From Glaucostegus cemiculus (Eukaryota), in NCBI GenBank assembly GCA_976551045.1, contig CDPCPM010000037.1, positions 29,822,001-29,886,000 on the forward strand: a stretch of DNA of 64,000 bases, written 5' to 3'. Position 1 is the stretch's first letter, and every line of letters starts with the position of its first letter. The notes beneath the pieces were generated by a model. The model was given only the letters and a program-made list of their open reading frames with translations, did no database searches and had not been told where the DNA came from. A program made the translations under genes and the position numbers. Shown here piece after piece: positions 1 to 11,292 of this stretch.

Positions 1-727
1 AGTACACAAAAGCAAGTGAGTTCAGGGGAGGGAACAGTGATGTTCTGGAGCACATTAACATTATGAAGGTAGTGGTATTGTAGGTCTTGAAACACAAAGA
101 TCAATAAATCCCTTTGGGCTCAGCAGGTCTCCTAACACTAAGCCAGTTTTGTATCCAGTATGCTAGTTCACGCTTGATCCTCTGTTCTGACCTTCTGGAC
201 TAGCCTACCATGTAGGACCTTGTCAAAAGTCTTGCTAAAATCATATAGACAATGTCTACCCATCCTACCCTCAATCCTCACCTTTTGTAAAAAAAAAACA
301 CCTCAGATCAAATTCACAAAACAAAATTTCCCATGCACAAAGCCATGCTGACTGTCCCTAATCAGTCCTTGCCTTTCCAAATGCAAATAAATCGTGTGTC
401 TTAAAATCTCTTCCAATAACTTACCCTCCACTGGTACAAGGCTCAAGCCTGTAGTTGCCTGGCTTATGCCTGCTGTCTTCCTTTAAAGGCACTACGTGAA
501 CTGTCTTCCTGTACCTCACCTGTGGCTAAAGAAGATATAAAAATCTATGCCAAGGCCCCAGCAATCTCTTCCCTTGCTTCCCATAATATCCTGGGATATA
601 CCTGCTGAGACCGAAGGGATTTATTGATCTTTGTGTTTCAAGACCTACAATACCACCAGCTTCATAATGTTGATGTGCTCCAGAACATCACTGTTCCCTC
701 CCCTGAACTCACTTGCTTTTGTGTACT
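1..727. repeat. Inverted repeat with arms 1-128 and 600-727; left arm cut by the window edge
   Basis: Manual reverse-complement comparison: 5 mismatches over 128 bp. Confidence 0.92.
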
Positions 728-1020
728 TCATGTAAGTGCAGACAAAAAGTATTAATTGAAGACCCTGCCCATTTCCCTGTGGCTTCAACTTGGATTACCA
801 CACTGATTCTTAAGGGGATGTACTCTCTCCTTAGTTACCCTTTTGTATTTTAATATACTTGTGGAATCTTTTAGGATTCTCCTTTATCTTATATGCCAGA
901 GATATTTCATGGCCCCCTTTTGCCCTCCTAATTTCCTCCTTGTGTATTTTCCTACATCCCTTGTACTTGAGGTAGTTGATCACAGCTGCCTATATCCAAT
1001 AGGTGACTGTTCTGGCTTAA
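130..1020 (-). mobile_element. Degenerate CR1-type LINE ORF2 fragment
   Basis: Reverse strand shows CR1 RT-region remnants (ccttgtcaaaagtcttgctaaaatc = DFSKTFDKV-like; cacaaagccatgctgact = SQHGFV). Confidence 0.75.
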
Positions 1021-2205
1021 TTCCCTGAAGTGACGATGGTTAGTGGATTCTACTTCGCATTGAATTTTCTGATTTGTAGAAATATTTGTTCCAAGTATCT
1101 GCCTGTGGTTCTGTTTGATTAAATGGTAAGGCCCAGTATATCCACTGGGTTCTACCATGGGACTGCTTAAAATCACACTTGTCTACGGTGAACTGTGCTA
1201 ACCAGTGTAACACCCTGTTGTGTGTAACCTGTACAAACTACAGTGGTATATGTGTACTATTGGAATGCACAAACTAAAGTCACCTTGAGTCCATAGTTCC
1301 CATCTCCAGTCTTTTCAGAGTTATGATCTGAGGTTATGGCTCCTCCAGTTAACCTTATCATCCTTCCTCCATGACCAACCTTCCTCCAAGATTTGCCCAC
1401 AAATGCCTTTCCCTTTTATTGCTTGTGACTCCTTTCCCCATAAAGTCCATGTGTGTCGATGTTGGGTGTTTACCTTGAGACACTCTGGGCTCTCAACTAC
1501 ATGTACACTTAAGGAGCCAACAAGCATCTGTGTCCCAGCTGATGTCCAGGAGAGGAAAGAAAGGGGTGGTTAAAAATTGAGTTCAATACCAATTTAGTGC
1601 TTTGTCCTCCAAAGCAGACAGCAATTAAAGACTGACAGGAAGCAAGGAGTCACCATGGAACCCTGGACCTTTGGTTCATTGTCTGCTCTCAAATGTACAA
1701 CAACAGTGTATAACATTCTCAATTTTGCAGCAGTAAATTTTAAAAATTATTGGAGGGTTGGAATGCATTGGGAATGCTTGTTACATTGATGTTAATAACT
1801 AAAAGCATACTTTAAGTGCTCAGATGTCCAATTACCTTGCCAGTGAAGGTTTTCTCTTTTGGGGGCGGAGGGTGGGGAAGGAAAACTGGGTCACAAACTC
1901 GACAACTTGGGAGGAAAGACTACTGTACGGAGTAACTTTAGTATTTAATTATTCATGAAGTTGATCTGCTGAATGGAGACCTGAAGTAATCTTACAAAAT
2001 TGTCAGGCCATGTGTGAATTATAAATAAAATGAACACTGTTTAGGATGTAGAATTCTGTGCTGGGTTTTATTACTTTAAAAAATATGTAATTTGTTTTGC
2101 CGGTCACTTCAAATCAGGCATTGGAAATTGTATCTCATTTATTCTGTGGAATCTTGACCAAGAAGCCATATTTCTGAGTAAACTTAGAAAAGTGATGACA
2201 AGATT

Positions 2206-2485
2206 GGGCGGCACGATAGCGTAGCGGTTAGCCCGACACTATTACAGTGCCAGCAATTGGGGTTCGATTCCCGTCGTTGACTGTAAGGAGTTTGCACGTT
2301 CTCCCGTGTCTGCGTGGGTTTCCTCCGGGTGCTCCGGTTTCCTCCCACATTCTAAAAGACGTACGGGTAGGTTAATTTGGGGGTTTAAAATGGGCGGCGC
2401 AGACTTGTTGGGCCGAAGGGGCCTGTTACCACGCTGTAAATAAAATTTAAATTTAAATTTTAAAATTTTAAAATTTAAATTTAAA
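2206..2485 (+). mobile_element. tRNA-derived V-SINE (HE1-like) with CR1-type tail (type A)
   Basis: A box TAGCGTAGCGG, B box GGTTCGATTCC, V-domain gtttgcacgttctcccgtgtctgcgtgggtttcctccggg, CR1-like 3' end gggccgaaggggcctgtt, (AAATTT)n tail. Confidence 0.85.
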
Positions 2486-2499
2486 CAAGCTGCTGTGTT

Positions 2500-2890
2500 A
2501 CATGGAACAGTACAGCACAGGAACCGGCCCCTTGGCCCATAATGTCTGCGCCAAACTTGATGCAGAATTAAATTAAATCTCTTCTGCCTGCACATGATCC
2601 ATACCCCTCCACTCCCAGCATATTCATGTGTCTATCTAACAGTCTTTTAAATGCTATTGTCTTTTAAACAGTCTATTGTATCTTCTACCACTTCCCTGGC
2701 ATCCCATTCCAGGCACCTACCACTGTGTGTGTCTATGTATTTAAAATACTTCTAATCTTTCTCCCTCTCACCTTAAATTGATATTTCTACCCTGTGTGTG
2801 TGGGGGAGGTGGGGGTGGGGGAAGGTTGACTGTCTACCCTTCTGTGCCTTTCATAATCTTAGACATTTCTATCAGGTCTCCCCTCGGCCC
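2500..2890 (-). mobile_element. CR1 LINE 3' fragment
   Basis: Reverse CR1 3' end (acagtacagcacaggaaccggcccc...), as in other copies in the window. Confidence 0.7.
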
Positions 2891-3204
2891 CTGGTGCCCC
2901 AGTGTTCTGAGTGTTTCTGCTGACCTTCATCCAGCATCCACTTCCTATGTTCTCCAACAGTTCTCGATGTTCGTGAACCCTGTGTGTGGGGGTTTTCCAG
3001 GCCAATGATTGTATTGATTTTGTATAGTTGCTTAATACATTAACATCTTAACACTGCCTAACGAACAATTCACTTTATGATGTTCCCACTGCGGCATCTC
3101 TGGGTAACCTGCCAGTGGGAACACGGGTCTTTCTTGACCTGTAGCTCAGAAATGGTGACTACTGTTTTAATATTTTCCTGTCCTCTTTTTTTTTTTACTC
3201 CTAG

Positions 3205-3257
3205 ATACAAGTACAGCCACCAGCCCTACACAGACAAAACGAAGGAAATCCAAATAA
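3205..3257 (+). CDS. NCOA6: NCOA6 terminal coding exon; rest of gene lies upstream of the window
   Basis: Strong acceptor (tcctcttttttttttactcctag, AG at 3203-3204). Phase-1 reading gives (D)TSTATSPTQTKRRKSK* with TAA at 3255-3257, matching my recollection of the human NCOA6 C-terminus (..KDITSAVQSKRRKSK). NCOA6 is the tail-to-tail neighbour of TP53INP2 in human. Confidence 0.85.
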
Positions 3258-3634
3258 AATCTCACAATTGTAAACCTGTGAAGTGTAAATGTTTGTGAAT
3301 TTAAATAATTTTTTCCAAGCTACTTTTCTAGCATGAAATTGTGTATAGAGTACTGTTTTAATATTTGTCCCACTGAAATGTGACTTTAAAAAAAAAAGTT
3401 TTTTGAATCCTGAAACTGTTTAACAAGGTAAAAACCTGTCATACAGCCAGTAAAACCCCACTGGAAAGTAACCTTACTGGTAATTTCTGTTGCAAAGCTA
3501 AAGTAAGTTGCCAGCTTTTGTCACTGTCACCAACCTTGGTAAAATATAGTATGTTATTTTTAATTTGGTATTTACTGACTGTTAAATTGTGTTCAAGTCT
3601 TAAATACTGTATGTGAATATTTGTATGAGGGTGC

Positions 3635-3640
3635 AATAAA
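3635..3640 (+). terminator. NCOA6: Probable NCOA6 polyadenylation signal AATAAA (3' UTR about 3258-3660)
   Basis: AATAAA ends an AT-rich UTR-like stretch and is followed by a GT-rich element (gatgttgagtgtg). Confidence 0.6.
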
Positions 3641-4399
3641 GCCCATCTCCACGGGATGTTGAGTGTGAAGCAGTATCCTTTACCAGCAAGTCTATACTGT
3701 TAGTTCACTTTATGTGGTCACATACATTTCCTTCCTCTTGAAATGGATAAATTATTCTGTATCCTTTTGAGGTATTAAAATGGAATCCAGTCCCTCCAGT
3801 AGATGCTGATGCCTCTAATCATAACCACTGAAACTGTAGCGACAGTGCACACTGAGACTACTTGAACTTTCAATGTGTGGAAGAGACAAGAATGAAATCA
3901 TCCCTCCACTGTCTGCTATGGAGAATGGTTCATGAAAAACTGAGCAGCAAAGAGCAATTGTAATAATTTTTAAGTATCAGTTGATAACTTGCTTACACTC
4001 TTCACCCCAGTCTGTAATATTTCCACTAATCACAACTCTTAAGATTTTGTACAGTTATGTAGTTTATCCCACTTGTATTAATAACATTAAATGTTCAAAT
4101 GAAAAGTAGTTGCAAATCTTGGTAATAACCATTTGTTATATTTGGCAACCCTCTCTTTGGCCTGGCAGGTGTTTCAGAATGCAGTTTAGTTGTAACCTTG
4201 TCCAAATAGTGCAGTATGTGTTTCTCACACAATTAAATTTGTACAAATCTCCGTCAGGAAGGAAATGTGATTTTGTAGGTTTAAGCAAAAGAACATTTGG
4301 CCTGTTCTCTGCTATTCGGTTATCTTAAACTCAGCACCACTTTCCTATTCTAACCTCATCCTTTGCCTTCTGATTTTTGGATATGTTCAACGACGGGTC

Positions 4400-5110
4400 C
4401 TTGGAGTAGGGAATTTTAAACGTTTACAACCTTTCTAGGTGAAGAAACTTCTCATCCCAATCCTAATTTGGCTGATATCTTCCTATGAGACTGAGATTTA
4501 GAGACACCAGATTTCAAGAGACTCTGGATACCTCTTTCAGGGAAAGCATCATCCTCCATCCACACTGGCAAGACTTGTGTATGTTTCAGTGAGATCACCT
4601 TGCATTCTTCCCAGCTGCAGAGTAAATAGGTGGTGTTTGGTCAATCTCTTGTCACCCTCTGCCTCTCTTATAGAATCAATCTAGTGAACCTTTTGAGCCT
4701 TGTAAGGAGACTAGACCTGTATATCATATTCCAGGCACAATCTCAGCAATGTCCTACATAATTACAGTAAGAAACCTCTACTCCTGTACGCAAATCCTTT
4801 TGAAATATCGGCCAGACTAATTGCTTGTTGTACCTGCACATTGACTTAGTAATTCAGGTTTGAGGATCCTCTGAACACCAAAACCTTTTGATTTCTTGCC
4901 ATTGCAAATTGTTTTTTCTATTTTTTTTCCACCAAAGTAGATGACCTGACACTTTCATGCATTATTCATCTCCCACGCCCTTGCCTGTTCACTCGGGCTG
5001 TCCTTCCGCTCTCTCTGCCACTAGCATTTGGTTCTCCATCAATCTTGGAGATGTTGCACTTAACCTCACATTGAAAGATGGGGGACAGTGAAGGCCCCAG
5101 TTCCAATCCC
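4400..5110 (-). mobile_element. Old CR1 LINE fragment
   Basis: Degenerate CR1-like motifs (tctagtgaacc, aaagtagatgacctgacac, tgcagcaccccacta). Confidence 0.55.
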
Positions 5111-6464
5111 TGCAGCACCCCACTAACCACAACTTAGTCCAAACAGTTGGTCAAGTTCACAAGTTCGATGCTTGCATTACCACCAGCATCTTTTGAAGGG
5201 AATGATGACTCTGGGCACTTCAATCAGTTGGGCAATGCTGCTCCTTCCTCAACCAGCCGGAGGGTCCTGTTAGCTTGATTGTAAAATCTGAAGGCAAGGG
5301 CTGCAGTTCTTTTACCCAATGAAGTATTAGAAATGTTAAAATTCCTGCATACTCCACTTGTTTTAAACAATATGGCAGATCTGGAAGGAAATGGAGTTAT
5401 AAAGTGGTATACCAGTTTTCAGTTTATTCTTCCCAATTAATTTTCTGGAATCTTCTGGACTAATGTAACAGAGGGTGTGGATTCTTAATGTTGCTATTCC
5501 ATTTAATTGCAATGCAGTAGATTTGAGGGGGGGGGCGTGGTAAGTAAATGTTCAATTATCAAAGACAATAGACATTAGGATTTAGTATAAAGGGAGCAGG
5601 GAAAGAATGGGGGTGCAGTTTTGAAAGGGGAAGGAATCGCCATCTTATTTCAATGCCATGTTTGTATTACCTTCATTCAACCAAATTCTAGATATCTGGA
5701 ATTGTGTTCAGTAGTACAGCTTGCATTTGTATAACACCCTTATCTGTTGTGCTCTAGTATAGTTCAGCAATGAGACAAATAGCACTCCAGTTCTAAAAGT
5801 TTAGACTGCCTATACCTTTAATAATCTCACACCCATCAAACTCAGTCACTGGTTAGTTTTTAATCTGCAAAATATGTCCAGTGAACTTGCTCCCTGTGTC
5901 ATAACTTGGTTGTATAGCAGTTGAGGGTTTTTTTTTGTACAATTTACAGGAAGCCACAGCTGCAGGAGCAGAGAGATCAATGAACTGGATATTTGTGAAA
6001 CTGAACAGTCGTGAAATATTGGATGCTTACAATTTAGACACAACACTGGAACACAATTGACATTCTATTGCTTAAGGAAACAAGTGGGTATTCTTTGAAG
6101 ACATTGAAACTTGAGATCAAGCAGATATAGTACAGGAGATGAGCTGTTGCTGGATAAGTTGAGGAACAACAGCCAAGGGGTAGGAGGTAGTGCAACTTGT
6201 AGGGATTCACTGGAGAAAGTGGAAATAGGTAAAAATATAATAAACTGACACTCAAACCAAGAGTGCACACATGGACCTAGTCAACCCTGCCACTGAGAAT
6301 GCAGAGAGTTTGAGGATTAATACGCATTAGGGCTGTTCTGGTGGACTAGCAGTCCAATTGGTATGAATTTGGGAGGTAACCACCTGTTCAATACTCAGAC
6401 AAGGGGTACTGGATTTGGAGTAAACAGAGCAGAGAAAGAATGAGAGTGCAGTTTCAAAAAGGAA

Positions 6465-6484
6465 CCCCCCCCCCCCCCCCCCCC
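6465..6484. repeat. Poly-C run (20 nt)
   Basis: Homopolymer seen directly. Confidence 0.9.
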
Positions 6485-7992
6485 AAATATGAAACATAAG
6501 TGACCTTTGTGTACTTGGGGGGATGTTTGATTGGGGATGGACTACAGCCTGGACATGGGGTAGAAATTAAAAACCACAAGATTCAGATGCTTGTGCACAA
6601 GGAAAGTGTCTGAGTCTCTGGGCACTGACTGGATTGAAGCATTGGTGAAGCTAAGCAAGAGGCCAGATGAATAGGGCCAAATTACCCCAGTGACACAGGT
6701 TATAATTTTTGCATCAGTCTATCGGGGTTAAGAGATTGCCACCCTACTAACTAAAATCATGCCAACAAACTTGTGAACTGCCTCTCTTTATAACGTAGTA
6801 ATGGCCGGTTGAGAAGATTTTAAATACTGCCACCTTGATAATGTTCTGAGTTCCAGAACAACTCTGCATTGCATTGAATTTCAAAACAATCATCCTGTTG
6901 AAATTGTAGCTGGGTCTTGTACTTCAGCAGCTACACACTCAGTTTATACTTTAGAATTGTTCAAGAGTGGGCTATGCATTTTAATCTGGTATCAGTATCT
7001 CCTGTGAAGCTAGACTCTGAAACAAGTGGACTGTAGCAAGATCCATTAGTTGGGGATACTAACCCAGTTTAAAACCCCTGCAGTACTTATGTTACGCTCC
7101 TGGGGGGGAAAGAGGCCAAACTTTTGTACATAAGTATTTGAATCTTCAAGGGAAAAATCATTATACAGCTTCACAGACAATTACCAAACATAATTAAGGA
7201 CACAATGCAATAGTTTTTGGGAAAAAAGTGATTTTTTTTATGAAAATAATGAAGTTCCCGCAGTCAGCAAGTGGCTATAACAACAAGCACTACTGCAACA
7301 GCCATAATCCAGTTACATTTCACACTTCCAATATTAAGAAACACACAATTTGGAAACAGTTATGAGACAAAAAAAAACTCAAGCTGCCCTTGGTTTTGCA
7401 TAGGACTTTACTGTTGCCATTCAAGTGTCAATTTCTGTTCACGCACACACTCATCTCAGATTAAAAGCTCATCACTTCAGCCCCAGAATGGAAGGCACGT
7501 GCACAAATCAATACATGAGAGGTAACTTACTGATGAACACAAGCTGTATAACTAATTTTTTAGTACTATTTTTTATTTTAAACATGGCTGCATATACTGA
7601 CGATACTGTGCCCAGCGATAGTGGAGATGTTTGACATGGAAATTACTCCATCAGGCTTGGTGACCACACTGCCATGGAACATATGCAACACTCCACCACT
7701 CATCGCACTTCCCTGCAGAAATGACACTGCTCATACATGGATACGTTACTGAAGTTTGAATAAATCGACAACAGACTTTGCTGCAAGTCACTGGCCCCAG
7801 CTACCTCCAACTCACGGTCCAGCAGTATTGTCAATAAATACCCATAATATATCTGATGACACATTCAGACTGCAGTTAGAACAAGGACCCAGATACTACG
7901 TTATGCTAACACATAAGATGTGTAGTTTCTCAACAATAAACAATTAATAGAACCACAAAAGTTAAAAGACAGAACACCCTCTAGTACCAAGT

Positions 7993-7998
7993 TTTATT
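7993..7998 (-). terminator. TP53INP2: Candidate distal TP53INP2 polyadenylation signal
   Basis: AATAAA on the minus strand with U/GU-rich downstream sequence, within a repeat-poor AT-rich block. Other minus-strand AATAAA sites exist (e.g. 13517-13522, 7572-7577). Confidence 0.3.
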
Positions 7999-10389
7999 CT
8001 ACTAGGTTTGACAGAGTCGTATAGCAATTTAGTGCTAACTAGATGTGCATGGTGCAGTATTCAATGTCTAAATATTATACATCAGAAACACAAAATGAAA
8101 AATGTACAGAAAAAAACTATTGGAAAATTAAGTGGATAATGGAAATCAAGCAAAAGAGTGAGATTACAATAGGAACCTCATCCAGAGGTGTATATGAGCA
8201 GAGATTTGATGGATTAGTTAGCCCATTTCAATCTTGTAACATTCTCTTTTGAAATTTCAGTGCACTGAATTGCAAAATTGCTTCTTTTGCATTGAAGAAA
8301 AGCCTTTACATTTCAAAGCCACAGCTTGGTGAGGAAAGAGGAGAAATGCCATTTTAATATTAGCTCCACCTCCCCCATAAAAGTATTGCTTTAAGTTCAG
8401 GCAATATATAAACTTAAAAGCAATGCACAGAGGACTGAGTATTGTACATCAACCCTTTGACAGAAATGAGCTGCTTAGTATGTCGTGATTTAGAAATCAG
8501 ACACAATTTAAATAACAAATCACAATTCGAGGACTTATGTCTAAAGATATGGTAGACCAAGCAGTTGTGGTTTAGAAGTTTATCACAGAACAGGTGAACA
8601 AAAGCATTTCAATGCAAAACAATAGTCTTGAAAGGTATAGATTCATCTGTTGGTTTTTAACCAAGTACATCACCTCAATGTGATAGACTGGATGTGATTA
8701 CTTAGTCAAATCTGGATTCTCAAAATAGCACTGATGGAAAACTATTACAGTAAATGAAGCTGCTGCTTTATTTGAACAGCAGCAATCTTCATCCTGAGAG
8801 AAAAGTTACTCTACTTCTTTTATTAGCCACCCTGAAATCCTTGACGAATACGAGCCAAAAAAAAGATTATGTACATAAGCCTCATATGTTTCTTATTTAT
8901 ATGGACATTAATTTAAATTAACACACTGCATTGTGGTGTATTGTCCCTGAGAGAGCCTGTGCTGTGTAGTTTAGCATGAAAAGTTGCAGCTCACACAATC
9001 ACATATATCCTTAAATAAATTATTCAAAACATACATCAGCAGAACACTCTCATCCCAGTCACTGACAGGCAATTCTATTTCAGAGCACTGGTCTCACAAC
9101 AGCACAGCAGATACTGCAGAACCTTTAGTTGTTGTTGTATTCAAGAAATAATACTGTCCACAAACTTACATGTTTTCAGTTACAAAATAAAGTTGTATAA
9201 TTCTATCAGTTCAGCACCACACTTGGGTTGATCCAAAGTCAGACTGTAGGGTCAGGACCTTCTTTTATAACAAGGCATTCAGTACAAGTTAGTAGGTAGA
9301 TACAAATTGCTCTTGAAAGCCCCAGTTACACCAGTAGAGTTTCAGTGCAGTGTGAATAGTTAAAGCATCTCGCAAGCACCACATTTATGAATTGGAGCCA
9401 GAGAGTACCCCACCTGCACCCCACAAACATTTGTCAGTTCAAAACTGGAGAAAGTTAATCTTTAGAGGGGAAGCAATTAAAAAGATAAACATTCTTAGTA
9501 TTGGTGACAAGCTGATATGGAGGTTGGGATGGAGGCATTAAAGACTAGCAAGAACAGACTGCAAAATCAGAAGGCCCAAGACTGATCAAGAAGAGTTGAC
9601 ATGGAAGATATCACCCACAAAATGAACAGAATTGTTCCAAATGCACAGTCGTTTTCTCAGCACCTTGAATGCAAAGGTCACAGTACAAAATGTGACCCTT
9701 TGTTAGAACTCAGTAACATTTTTTTTGGTTCATTTCAGATTTCCAGCATTCACCACATTCATGTATGCAATCTGCATTGCATGTTATTTTTGTGTAGTAG
9801 AATTTATTCTGGTACACCGCTGTGGAGTGTACTTTCCTGAGGCTAAGCTCCATTTGATGCAGCTAGTTTAAGTAATGATTGGGTTACATATTTCAATGAG
9901 TTTGTCCTGAAGACATTCATTGGATTCAATGTTCAATTATGATGAAATACACTGATGCTCTAATATACCATGCAGGACATTATTCCTGGAAGGACTAGGC
10001 TAGTGATTCCACCATCTGGAGAGTTACCAGTCACAATTAGCTATTAAGGGGATGTTCCAATTGTAGCCTAAACTTCTTCAGCAGGTCAAGGATGATATCA
10101 ACTGTTTGTTTTCAGGATAAGAATGATAATAACTGATTTCTAGATAAAAGGTCTCTGAACAAAAATTTTAGAACAAGGTTTGAAAGAAAGAGGATGGAGG
10201 GGAATCAAATGGACTTAAAAGTAATTAAAGGGCAAGATCCCTTAACTCTTGTTTAGAGACCCTGGGTTTCAGAGTATTAAAGCAGAGATGTTTTGTAGAA
10301 ACTTATCACCATGCTTTACAAAGGATGTGAATGGTCTGGGGGACTGTAGGCAGAAGAAATGCAAGAACATTTTAGTGGTAAGAGATTTC

Positions 10390-10770
10390 CGCTGCAAAGT
10401 TAGAGTAAAGTTGAGGCTGTTCTTTGCAGACCAAAGGAGATTGAGAGACGGTTTACAAGATTGCGACAGTTTGACATGGAGAGGAGCAGCTCCAGTTAGT
10501 GGATGGTTCGAGGACTAGGGGACACAGGTTTAAAGTGATGAGCCAAGTATACAGCGGGGATGAGAGAACGCCCTTTTATGCAGAATGTGGTTATGATCAG
10601 GAACTCACTGCCCGTAAGAGTAGTAGAAACAAAGTCGATCAGGGCATTTGAAAGGGAATTGACGGGCAGTTATTAACAGAAATAGAGAAAGAGTTGGGGA
10701 ACAAGGTTGACAGGACTGCTCCAAAAGAGCCAGCATGTGCTTATGGTGCCAAATGGTCTCCTGCTAAGGC
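10390..10770 (+). mobile_element. Old CR1 LINE 3' fragment
   Basis: Degenerate CR1 C-terminal coding remnant (KLRLFFADQRRLRDGL) followed by a CR1-like 3' end. Confidence 0.6.
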
Positions 10771-10934
10771 ATAATAATACAGTGCTTTGATCCAAATTGG
10801 GAAACCATTCAAACGAGGCTTGTCAACTTGGGCGATTTAAAGCCAAGGCAACTTAAAACTGACTCTTTTCAAATAAAATGATCTTCAGCATCATAATGGT
10901 AGTCATTTTCCATTCTTAATAATCCAGGGAAGTG

Positions 10935-11292
10935 TCCTGACCTGAAACATCGACTGTCCATTTCCCTCCATAGATGCTGCCTGACCCGCTGAGTTCCTCC
11001 AGCACTTCTTCTGTTCATCTTCAGCCCTTTGTCACTTCTACCTTTCACCTTCCAGCTTCTGACATCACTCCCACTCCCTCCTTCAACTGCCTATCACCCT
11101 CCCCCTTCACCTAGATCCACCTATCACCCACCAGTTTTTGCTCTGCTCCTTCCCTCCACCCTTTTATACTGGCAATGTCCCCTCCTTCTCTCCAGCCCAG
11201 ATGAAGGGTCTCGACCCAAAATGTCAGCTGTCCATTCCCTCCATAGGTGCTGCCTGACTCGCTAAGTTCCCCCATTCTTTTTGTATTGCTCC
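10935..11292 (+). mobile_element. Penelope-derived element with direct terminal repeats and degenerate hammerhead motifs
   Basis: The unit ...gaaacatcgactgtccatttccctccatagatgctgcctgacccgctgagttcc occurs at about 10945 and again at about 11218, flanking a pyrimidine-rich core. Hammerhead-like motif at 11193-11230. Confidence 0.7.

Noticed and set aside
2206-2280. tRNA-like A and B boxes
   Set aside because: They are SINE heads continuing into the V-domain, with many diverged copies; not tRNA genes.
3253-3258. AATAAA overlapping the NCOA6 stop codon
   Set aside because: Arises from AAA-TAA coding; the 3635 signal has better downstream context.
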